A DNA stretch of 64,000 nt. Source: Bacilli bacterium. Its GTDB lineage: Bacteria > Bacillota_I > Bacilli_A > RF39 > UBA660. Positions 1 through 7,997 of this stretch are shown here, piece by piece. The translations under genes were made by a program, and so were the position numbers. Below the pieces are notes generated by a model, which was not told the DNA's origin, made no database searches, and saw nothing but the letters and a program-made list of their open reading frames with translations. How positions within the stretch are numbered: the first letter of the stretch is position 1; the number at the start of each line of letters is the position of its first letter. The stretch spans positions 25 to 64,024 of the forward strand of contig JAFXTH010000005.1 of the NCBI GenBank assembly GCA_017525035.1, given 5' to 3'.

Positions 1-2
1 TA

Positions 3-986
3 ACAGATAAATTTAAAGATAAATATAATGCTATTTTCTGTTGGAGAGTATTTGTTCACTTTACAAAAGAAGATTCATTAAAAGCATTAAAGAGAAGTTA
101 TGATGCATTAAATGATGATGGTTTATTCATATTAAGTGTAATAAATAAAGATTGTAAGAAAAAAGACAATGAATGGATAGATTTCCCAGATGAATATCAT
201 TTAGGAGTTGATCGCTATTTTAATTATTACTCAAAGAAAGAAATGGATGAAATAATAGATAAAACAAAATTTGAAATAATTGATTTTCGTGATAGTGTTG
301 CAGAAAACGGAATTAAATGGTTAGTTTATGTTTTAAAGAAAAATAAGATAGATAAAGATCTAAAGAAATATATAGAAGAAAATATATTCCCAGAATATGA
401 TAAAAATGAAAAAGCACATAATATAGATCATATTAAATATGTTATTAATAGAAGTTTTGAATTGGTTTTAGAAAATAAATTAGATGTTAATTCAAATATG
501 GTATATACTATTGCATCATATCATGATATAGGACATCACATTGATTCTAAAACACATGAAATAATATCAGCAAATATTATGTCAAAAGATAAAAAATTAA
601 AAGAATTCTTTAATAAATCTGAATTGAAGATTATAAAAGAGGCAATAGAAGATCATAGAGCATCTGCTAAAGATGATCCAAGAAGTATCTATGGAAGAAT
701 TGTGTCATCAGCAGATAGAAATGATAGTGTAGAAGCTTGTTTAAGAAGAACGTATTCATACGGGAAGAAGTTAGATCCAAATGCTACTGATGAAGAATTA
801 TATTTAAGGGCATATGACGTATTATGTAAAAAGTTTGGTGAAGGTGGATATGCTAAATTTTATTTTAAAGATACACAATATGAAAAATTCTTAAAAGACT
901 TAAGAAAGTTGTTAAAGAATAAAAATAAATATATAAAAACACAAAGAGAATATATAGAAAATTTAAAAAAAACTGGGAAAATATAA
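3..986 (+). CDS. 5'-truncated fusion protein: C-terminal half of a class I SAM-dependent methyltransferase joined in-frame to an HD-domain phosphohydrolase
   Basis: Frame 3 is open from the window edge. TDKFKDKYNAIFCWRVFVHF...LNDDGLFILSV is methyltransferase-like. It runs without a stop into HD signatures (AHNIDHIKYV, ASYHDIGHHID, EDHRAS, SSADR). The ATG at 243 in the ORF track lies inside the methyltransferase part. Confidence 0.6.
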   Translation, partial: TDKFKDKYNAIFCWRVFVHFTKEDSLKALKRSYDALNDDGLFILSVINKDCKKKDNEWIDFPDEYHLGVDRYFNYYSKKEMDEIIDKTKFEIIDFRDSVAENGIKWLVYVLKKNKIDKDLKKYIEENIFPEYDKNEKAHNIDHIKYVINRSFELVLENKLDVNSNMVYTIASYHDIGHHIDSKTHEIISANIMSKDKKLKEFFNKSELKIIKEAIEDHRASAKDDPRSIYGRIVSSADRNDSVEACLRRTYSYGKKLDPNATDEELYLRAYDVLCKKFGEGGYAKFYFKDTQYEKFLKDLRKLLKNKNKYIKTQREYIENLKKTGKI

Positions 987-1011
987 AGATTGAGATAACT
1001 CAATCTTTTTT
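986..1011 (+). terminator. Rho-independent terminator
   Basis: aagattgag-ataa-ctcaatctt hairpin followed by a T-run, directly after the stop codon. Confidence 0.75.
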
Positions 1012-1096
1012 ACATTGAATAAGTGTAAAATGCATGCCACTAAATTGCGAGAAAATAATATGTATATTATAATTGAAATGTATAGTAGGTGAGAAT

Positions 1097-2896
1097 ATGG
1101 ATGAAGTAAAAAAACCTAGTAAAGCATCAATTGAATTTTTTAAAAGAGTTAAAAAAGCATATCCTACAACTGCAACTGGGGCAATAGATTCAACTAAAGT
1201 AGATTATCATATGCTAGAAGCAAGTAATGATCCTGAAATAATTAGTTATCTTTTTAAAAAATTACCAGAATTTCTTTTAAGAGGATGGAACATAATGGCA
1301 CCATATTATGCTATTTGTTCAAAAAAAACAGAAGATAGTAAGAAGCCTTATGATGAAATAGCATTAAAAAAAATAGCACAAGGCGATTTATCTGATGTTA
1401 AAAGTTTTGAAGAATTTTATCCTTCTTTACAAATATTATCAAGGATATTAAGGGGAAAACTAGGACAAGCAGGATATTATCTTGATACTATTCTATGGGA
1501 AGAAGAGGAAATACTTCCTGACGATATAAAAAGAGATTTACCAAAATATCATGATGTTTATGAGCAAATGATTCATAGTGATGGAATGTATCGTTATAAA
1601 GGTGTACTTTATGAGTCACGTGGAATTGAAATGTTATTAGAATCAGAAACTGAAAACCTTGATGAAATAAGATTTGCATATAAAATAGCTACGCTTCATA
1701 GGCTTAGAAGAGGCGAAGATATTTTTAATTCGAGAAGACTAGAAAATACTGAAGAGCGTAATAAAAATGAGGAAAAGTTCCAAGAAGGAAGAAAAGCTAG
1801 ATTAGAAGAGGATAAAAAGAAATTAGGAGAAGTAGAAGCCAAATTAAAAAAATATAATTTTTTAACTTCCATTTTTAAAAGAAAGGAAAAGAAAAAAGAC
1901 CAAGAAGAAAAAGAAAATTTAGTTAAAAGAATTTCAAACACTGAAAAAACTATTGCTGAAATAGATGAACATATTGCAAGAACTAACGAAGAAATTGATT
2001 TTATTAAAAAATATGAAGAAAAGTATAAGGAAGCAATTACAAAACATCTTATACCAATACTATTAGAAACATTTGGTAAGGCAATTCCTAAAGAGCAAAT
2101 TGAAAAAATAAAAGAGTTAATTGAAATTTGTTTTTCAAAAGCATCATTGGATGTTATTAAAGGAGATCCACTTTTACTTATAAGTCAACAATTGGATGAA
2201 ATTGGTGAAGAGCCATTTAATGAATATTTTGCTAGATTCAATAATGCACTTATGACAATGGGTGGAATTGCAGATTCTTTCATAGCATTTGAAGAACAAG
2301 AAAATAAAACATTGTCTTCTACATTAAATATAATTAGAGGTGAATTAAAGGGTGTTCCTGCAGATAGTGATCATAAACCTATTGAAGAAGGATATAGAAA
2401 ATTTGATTTAGATACTGACTTAGGCCTTAATGACTTTATGAGTGCAACACCACATCCTGAACAAATTGAACCGCTTATGAATGGCTTGAGCAAAGACTTT
2501 GATGATTTAATGCAAGAAGAAAATCTTGATGAATACATAAAAAAAGTAGGAAAGCTTTGGTATAAGTTACTTCTAGTTCATCCGTTTACTGATGGAAATG
2601 GAAGAACAGGAAGATATTTGTTAAATATTTTATTAGCGCATAAAGGTATCATCATTCCAGCACTTTTCAATAGCAAGAATGAACAAACAATATTTCAAGA
2701 CAGATTAGATAAATTTGTTCTTCAGCAACTTAGAAGTGACTATGATGGATTGGGAGATGAATTTCTTGATATTATAAGAGAAATTGGTATTGATATAACA
2801 GGAGAAGATAGGTTAAGAGTCAAACCACAAGTTGTATTAGAAGAACAAAAGGAAGAAGAACAAAAAGAAGAACATAGCGGTGGAATACGAAGATAA
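1097..2896 (+). CDS. Fic/DOC (Fido) domain protein with a long coiled-coil N-terminal region
   Basis: Canonical Fic motif HPFTDGNGRTGR near the C-terminus. K/E-rich coiled-coil region in the middle. ATG at 1097 sits behind AGGTGAG; the TTG at 1073 in the ORF track is less likely. Confidence 0.85.
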   Translation: MDEVKKPSKASIEFFKRVKKAYPTTATGAIDSTKVDYHMLEASNDPEIISYLFKKLPEFLLRGWNIMAPYYAICSKKTEDSKKPYDEIALKKIAQGDLSDVKSFEEFYPSLQILSRILRGKLGQAGYYLDTILWEEEEILPDDIKRDLPKYHDVYEQMIHSDGMYRYKGVLYESRGIEMLLESETENLDEIRFAYKIATLHRLRRGEDIFNSRRLENTEERNKNEEKFQEGRKARLEEDKKKLGEVEAKLKKYNFLTSIFKRKEKKKDQEEKENLVKRISNTEKTIAEIDEHIARTNEEIDFIKKYEEKYKEAITKHLIPILLETFGKAIPKEQIEKIKELIEICFSKASLDVIKGDPLLLISQQLDEIGEEPFNEYFARFNNALMTMGGIADSFIAFEEQENKTLSSTLNIIRGELKGVPADSDHKPIEEGYRKFDLDTDLGLNDFMSATPHPEQIEPLMNGLSKDFDDLMQEENLDEYIKKVGKLWYKLLLVHPFTDGNGRTGRYLLNILLAHKGIIIPALFNSKNEQTIFQDRLDKFVLQQLRSDYDGLGDEFLDIIREIGIDITGEDRLRVKPQVVLEEQKEEEQKEEHSGGIRR

Positions 2897-2919
2897 ACTA
2901 AGAGAAATCTTAGTTTTTT
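2896..2919 (+). terminator. Rho-independent terminator
   Basis: aactaaga-gaaa-tcttagtt hairpin plus T-run. Confidence 0.7.
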
Positions 2920-2987
2920 CTATAAAAATAATACAAAGATCAAAAAATGTTTTATAATATAATTGAATAAGAAATATAGGAGATATT

Positions 2988-3380
2988 ATGGAAGAAGTAC
3001 AAAAGTTTTTAAAAGAATGTGGGGTATATTATTTAGCTACTGTAGATAATAATGAACCTAAAGTAAGACCATTTGGCACTGCAGAAATATTTGATGGACA
3101 TTTATATATTCAAACAGGAAAGAATAAAGATGTTTTCAAACAAATTGAAAAAAACAATAAAGTAGAGTTATGTGGCTTTAAAGATGGTAAATGGATAAGA
3201 GTTTCAGGAAATTTACTAGTAGATGATAGAATTGAAGCAAAAAAAGATATGTTAGATAAGAATCCACAATTAAGAGGAATGTATGATGAAAATGATGACA
3301 ATACAGCCGTTTTATATTTTGAAAGTGGCAAAGCCATTATTTCATCTTTTACAGAAGAACCAAAGACTATAGTTTTTTAA
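2988..3380 (+). CDS. Pyridoxamine 5'-phosphate oxidase-like FMN-binding family protein
   Basis: 130 aa. GVYYLATVDNNEPKVRPFG...LYIQTGKNKDVFKQIEKNNKVEL pattern is typical of the split-barrel PNPOx-like family. Confidence 0.7.
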   Translation: MEEVQKFLKECGVYYLATVDNNEPKVRPFGTAEIFDGHLYIQTGKNKDVFKQIEKNNKVELCGFKDGKWIRVSGNLLVDDRIEAKKDMLDKNPQLRGMYDENDDNTAVLYFESGKAIISSFTEEPKTIVF

Positions 3381-3392
3381 GGAGGAATTAAA

Positions 3393-4070
3393 GTGAAAAA
3401 GATTTTTGGAGTATTGTTAGTATTAACTTTAGCAGTTTTTGTAACTGCATGTGGAAGCAAAGAAAAAAAGAATGAAAGCAACGAATTTAAGGAGGTCTTC
3501 CCAAGCGAAATGGTAGAGAAAGATGAAAGAATAATTAAAGTTTTTGAAGATGCTAAAAAAGAATACACAGGACTTGAATTAGAACTTATTGCAACTCTAG
3601 GTGAACAAGTAGTAGCAGGTACAAATTATATGTTCCTTGCAAAAGGTACAGTACCAGGAAGTGATAAAGCATCTTATAAAATAGTAGTTGTTTACAATGA
3701 TTTAGAAGGTAACTCAGCAATTACAAAAGTAGAAGATTTTGACTACACAAAATATACTGGTAAGAATGTTGACTATGATGCAGAAGAAAAAGTTGGTGGA
3801 TGGGAAGTTGCAGCACCTGGTAAACCAATAATGCTTGAAGAAGAAGTTCAATCAATTTTTGATAAAGCAACAGAAACTTTAACAGGTATGCAATATAAAC
3901 CAATTGTTGTATTAGGAACACAAGAAGGAGATACAACTAGTTACGCAGTATTATGTTATGCACAACCAACAGTGCCAGATAGCCGAGAATATATCTATAT
4001 ATTAACAATAAAAGATACAAATGAAATTACTGGTATGGCATATGTAGATTTAGCAGAATACAATAAATAA
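3393..4070 (+). CDS. Lipoprotein with two tandem cystatin-like repeats
   Basis: GTG start behind GGAGG. Signal peptide plus lipobox FVTAC. First repeat carries LGEQVVAGTNY (cystatin Q-x-V-x-G hairpin motif). The second repeat is degenerate (LGTQEGDTTSY). Confidence 0.5.
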   Translation: MKKIFGVLLVLTLAVFVTACGSKEKKNESNEFKEVFPSEMVEKDERIIKVFEDAKKEYTGLELELIATLGEQVVAGTNYMFLAKGTVPGSDKASYKIVVVYNDLEGNSAITKVEDFDYTKYTGKNVDYDAEEKVGGWEVAAPGKPIMLEEEVQSIFDKATETLTGMQYKPIVVLGTQEGDTTSYAVLCYAQPTVPDSREYIYILTIKDTNEITGMAYVDLAEYNK

Positions 4071-4075
4071 AAAAG

Positions 4076-4104
4076 AAAACAAGCTAAGAACTAGCTTGTT
4101 TTTT
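4076..4104 (+). terminator. Rho-independent terminator
   Basis: acaagcta-agaac-tagcttgt hairpin plus TTTTTT. Confidence 0.8.
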
Positions 4105-4105
4105 A

Positions 4106-4114
4106 TGTTATAAT
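4106..4114 (+). promoter_or_regulatory. Extended -10 promoter element (TGtTATAAT)
   Basis: TGTTATAAT about 90 nt upstream of the 4207 start. Confidence 0.4.
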
Positions 4115-4206
4115 TTAAATGTTAAAAGTCTTGGACAAATTTCCAAAGACATTTGGTAGATTATTAAAATTGTAATATTTATAATTGTTTGTGAAAGGAG
4201 ACATTT

Positions 4207-5160
4207 ATGAAACTAGGAGATAAAATTTTAGAATTAAGAAAGAAAAAAGGACTTTCACAAGAACAATTAGGAGAGAAGATTGATGTTACAAGACAAACTA
4301 TAAGTAACTGGGAATTAGGAGTAACACAACCAAATCCAGATCAATTGAAACTATTATCAAAAGAATTAAGTGTAAGTATAGATGAGTTATTAGATAATAA
4401 TATTCAAAATGTATTAATAGAGAAGGTATCTAATACAGAAAAAATATCAGAACAAACTTTAACTAAATTGAGACATCTAATAATAGTTATTGTTTCTATA
4501 TTTGCTGTTGTATTACTAGCACTTGTATTAATCAAAATATATAAGAAAGTTGAAGATAAAAAATATAAAACTAGAGAAGAAAGTATTTACTGTAAGATTT
4601 ATGGAGAAGAACATAGTTATAGCATAATCTTCCAGGAAGAGACAGGTAAAATTACAACAGCAGGTGGCGATTCTTATTTCTACGACATATTAGATTTAGC
4701 TAAATACGATGATGCTAATCAAGTATTTAATATAATAAATGATTATGTTAAAAAGAATGGTGGATCTTGCGTAAGAATAAAAGATAGAGATCTAAACAGT
4801 GTAGTTAATATGTATATTAAGGAAGGTACATTAACTAAGACTAGCGCCACAATTATAATTGAAGAAAGTGTAGATTATGATATATCTTATGGAGAACCAT
4901 TCTGGATTGAAAAATATAATTATAAAACAAATTCTTACGAGAAGTTAGAACAAAGAACAAATGCTAATTGTGCATTTAAATTACCAGCTTATAGTGCAGC
5001 ACCAGGTAGGCCTTTGGTATTAAATCAAAACTGGTCTTGTATGTATGGAGAATTATCAAAAGGTTTATATAGAATTGTAAAAGATGCTGATTTTGATATT
5101 GATAGACCAATTGATGAAACTAAGTTGTTTTATATCTGGGCAGAATTTGAAATAGAGTAG
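4207..5160 (+). CDS. Membrane-anchored XRE-family HTH regulator with an extracytoplasmic Ig-like C-terminal domain
   Basis: N-terminal HTH_3 signature (LRKKKGLSQEQLGEKIDVTRQTISNWELG). Single TM helix (LIIVIVSIFAVVLLALVLI). C-terminal beta-rich domain (YIKEGTLTKTSATIIIEES...YGELSKGLYRIVK). Confidence 0.75.
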   Translation: MKLGDKILELRKKKGLSQEQLGEKIDVTRQTISNWELGVTQPNPDQLKLLSKELSVSIDELLDNNIQNVLIEKVSNTEKISEQTLTKLRHLIIVIVSIFAVVLLALVLIKIYKKVEDKKYKTREESIYCKIYGEEHSYSIIFQEETGKITTAGGDSYFYDILDLAKYDDANQVFNIINDYVKKNGGSCVRIKDRDLNSVVNMYIKEGTLTKTSATIIIEESVDYDISYGEPFWIEKYNYKTNSYEKLEQRTNANCAFKLPAYSAAPGRPLVLNQNWSCMYGELSKGLYRIVKDADFDIDRPIDETKLFYIWAEFEIE

Positions 5161-5173
5161 AAAGTGAGATTTT

Positions 5174-5803
5174 ATGAAAGTAATATTTGGAACAACAAAC
5201 AAAAGAAAAATAGAAGATTTACAAGGTATCATTAATGAACTTAACCTTAATATAGAGGTATTAGGTTTATCTGATATTGGATGGGATAGAGGAGAGACAG
5301 AAGAAAATGGCGCAACTGTAGAAGAAAACTCTATGATGAAAGCAAGAGCAATCCATGAGTTTTGCATTGAAAAGAAAATACCATATCCGACAATCGCAGA
5401 TGACACAGGTTTGTTTGTTGATTCATTAAATGGTGAACCTGGAATTTACACAATGAGATATGCAGATGATGAACTGGCAAAAGATAGCACACTTCCTCCA
5501 TATCAATGTGTAATAAAACTTCTAAGAAATCTTGAAGGTAAACCAAATAGAGATGCTACATATAAATGTTGTGTAACAACAATATTAGAAGATGGAACAA
5601 GTTTTCAAGAAATTGGTACAAGTAAAGGTTATATAAAAGAGGGTATGCCTAGTGAATTTAAAAAGCCATATCACTATTGTGTCTTTGCTCTTAAGGATTC
5701 GTATAAAGCTTTCAATGAACTAACAAAAGACGAATTAAGTGATACTTTTAGATATAATGCCTTAAGAAAAACACTAAAAAGACTAAAATGCCACGAAGAG
5801 TAG
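5174..5803 (+). CDS. rdgB: Non-canonical purine NTP pyrophosphatase (RdgB/HAM1 family)
   Basis: VIFGTTNKRKIEDL ... EENGATVEENSMMKA ... ADDTGLFVDSLNGEPGIYTMRYA are the family signatures. Confidence 0.8.
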   Translation: MKVIFGTTNKRKIEDLQGIINELNLNIEVLGLSDIGWDRGETEENGATVEENSMMKARAIHEFCIEKKIPYPTIADDTGLFVDSLNGEPGIYTMRYADDELAKDSTLPPYQCVIKLLRNLEGKPNRDATYKCCVTTILEDGTSFQEIGTSKGYIKEGMPSEFKKPYHYCVFALKDSYKAFNELTKDELSDTFRYNALRKTLKRLKCHEE

Positions 5804-5886
5804 CATGAAAATATGCAAATGTAATTTAATTTTGCTTGTTTGAAAAAACATTTATAGTAAAATTTTTGCCATGAGGAGTGATGAAA

Positions 5887-6708
5887 ATGTTATTTAGTGA
5901 AAAATTAAGAATGTTAAGAAAAGAGAAAGGCTATACTCAAGAAGAGTTAGCAGAAAAAATCAATGTCTCTAGACAAGCTATTACTAAATGGGAAAGTAAT
6001 GAAGGTATGCCTGATATTGAGAACTTAAAACAAATTAGCAATTTATTTAATACTACTATTGATGAATTAATCAAAGAAGAAAAAGAAATATCTGAAGAAA
6101 GAGTTAAAGAGGTTCTAGTTAAGGAATTAGAAATAGATCATTCAAAACATTTCGATATTAAAATAAGTAGGAACTTTGAAGTTGATATATTACCTAATGA
6201 AGAAGAAAAAGTTAAAATTGTCATTGAATCAAGTAATAAAGACGGCTTTAAGATTAAGTTAGATGATTTATACAATAATTTAGATATTAATATTAAAAAT
6301 AGTAAAGGTTATGAAGACTCTATTATCAAACTATATATTCCAGAAAAATATATTGATGACATAGAATTAGACTCTAAACTAAGAACTCTAAGAATAACTG
6401 ATTTAGAAATAGAGAAGTTAGAATACGATGGAGCATTAAAATATTTAATAGTTAATAATTCTAAAGGAAAGATAGTACTTAATACATCAAAGTCTGATGT
6501 TGAAGCAACATATGACAAATTTGATGGTGAATTAGAAGTAAATACTATTAACTCTACAACTAGAGTAGAACTACCTAAGGATACTATTTATAAAACAGTA
6601 TTAAAAGGTATTAAAAATAGGTTTGTCGATGAATCAAATAATGAAGATGCAACTAACATTGTTGAACTAAATGGAATCAACAGTAAGCTAATTTTTATAG
6701 AGAAATAA
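5887..6708 (+). CDS. XRE-family HTH protein fused to a DUF4097-like beta-rich domain
   Basis: HTH_3 signature LRKEKGYTQEELAEKINVSRQAITKWESNEG. ATG at 5887 is 8 nt after GAGGAG (the ORF track starts at GTG 5878). The C-terminal repetitive beta-strand region is assigned by resemblance only. Confidence 0.6.
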   Translation: MLFSEKLRMLRKEKGYTQEELAEKINVSRQAITKWESNEGMPDIENLKQISNLFNTTIDELIKEEKEISEERVKEVLVKELEIDHSKHFDIKISRNFEVDILPNEEEKVKIVIESSNKDGFKIKLDDLYNNLDINIKNSKGYEDSIIKLYIPEKYIDDIELDSKLRTLRITDLEIEKLEYDGALKYLIVNNSKGKIVLNTSKSDVEATYDKFDGELEVNTINSTTRVELPKDTIYKTVLKGIKNRFVDESNNEDATNIVELNGINSKLIFIEK

Positions 6709-6794
6709 TTTTCTCTTTTTTTATTGGTAAAAATATGTAAAAACTATTTAAAATATAGTACGTTTTTGCTATAATTATTCTATAGGTGGTATAT

Positions 6795-7700
6795 ATGAAA
6801 ATAATGTGTATAGGACAATCAGCGTATGATATAACTTTGCCATTAGATCATTATCCAGTTGAGAATAAAAAAGTAAGGGTTGAAAATAAAGTTGAGTGTG
6901 GTGGAGGTAGTGCTTCAAATTGTGCTTTTCTACTTGCTAAATGGGGACTTGATTCTTACTTTGCTGGGGTAATTGGAAACGATCATTATGGTAGCGTAAT
7001 TAAAAAAGAATATGAAACAATCGGAGTAAATACAAAATACTTGCAAGTTAGTGATAAATATCCAACAACTTCAAGTTATATAATTGCAAATACTTCTATT
7101 GGATCAAGAACAATATTAACAAGTAAGAATAGTAATATTCATATGGAGAAGTCTGATGTTGAAGATAACTTCGATTTCATTCTTCTAGACGGATATGAAA
7201 GAGAGTTTGCAGAAGAAGTAATTAGAAAAAATCCTAATGCAATAAAAATTCTTGATGCAGGAAGTATGAAAGAAGCAACAGTAGAACTTGCTAAGGTGGT
7301 TGACTATGTTGTATGTTCACATGATTTTGCTGAAGATGTATCTAAAGTAAAAATAGATTATGATGATATAGACACGATAATCAAAGCCTACAAGAAACTA
7401 AAGGAAGAGTTTAAGGGAAATATAATCATTACTCTTGAATCATATGGATGCTTTACTTGCATAGATGGAATGTATAAAATTATTCCAAGTATAAAAGTAG
7501 AAGCAGTTGATTCAACAGGAGCAGGTGATATATTCCATGGTGCTTTTGTATATTCATTAGCAAAAGGATTTGATTTAAGAAAAGCGCTTCTATTTTCAAA
7601 TATAACTGGTGCTTTATCTGTAAAAACAATAGGAAGCAGACTATCAATACCAGAACTAGAAAGTGTAATAGAAAAATATAATGATGTTATTTCGAAATAG
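6795..7700 (+). CDS. PfkB/ribokinase-family carbohydrate kinase
   Basis: GGGSASNCA near the N-terminus and DSTGAGDIFHGAF (PfkB signature 2). ATG 6795 lies behind AGGTGG. Confidence 0.8.
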   Translation: MKIMCIGQSAYDITLPLDHYPVENKKVRVENKVECGGGSASNCAFLLAKWGLDSYFAGVIGNDHYGSVIKKEYETIGVNTKYLQVSDKYPTTSSYIIANTSIGSRTILTSKNSNIHMEKSDVEDNFDFILLDGYEREFAEEVIRKNPNAIKILDAGSMKEATVELAKVVDYVVCSHDFAEDVSKVKIDYDDIDTIIKAYKKLKEEFKGNIIITLESYGCFTCIDGMYKIIPSIKVEAVDSTGAGDIFHGAFVYSLAKGFDLRKALLFSNITGALSVKTIGSRLSIPELESVIEKYNDVISK

Positions 7701-7995
7701 TATGCCTCAATTAGACCTACACGGGGAAGATAGAATTGGAGCACGAATTAAAGTTAATACGTTTATTAATGACAATTGCAAACTTGGAAATGAAGAAATT
7801 GCTATTATCCATGGAGTGGGGAAAGGCATTTTGAAAAAGGAAGTGTTAAATATGTTGAAAAAGGATAAAAGAGTGGTAGAATATAGTGTTGATTGTTTTA
7901 ATGAAGGGTGTACATTAGCGCGTTTGAGCAAAAAAGTTGACATTTTGGACAAAAAGTGCTATAATACACCACATAACTCAGGGGGGAGAATTTAA
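7681..7995 (+). CDS. Stand-alone Smr (small MutS-related) domain protein
   Basis: LDLHGEDRIGA ... IIHGVGKGILKKEV is the Smr signature. The start is ambiguous (ATG 7681/7684/7702). Confidence 0.7.
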   Translation: MMLFRNSMPQLDLHGEDRIGARIKVNTFINDNCKLGNEEIAIIHGVGKGILKKEVLNMLKKDKRVVEYSVDCFNEGCTLARLSKKVDILDKKCYNTPHNSGGRI

Positions 7996-7997
7996 AT

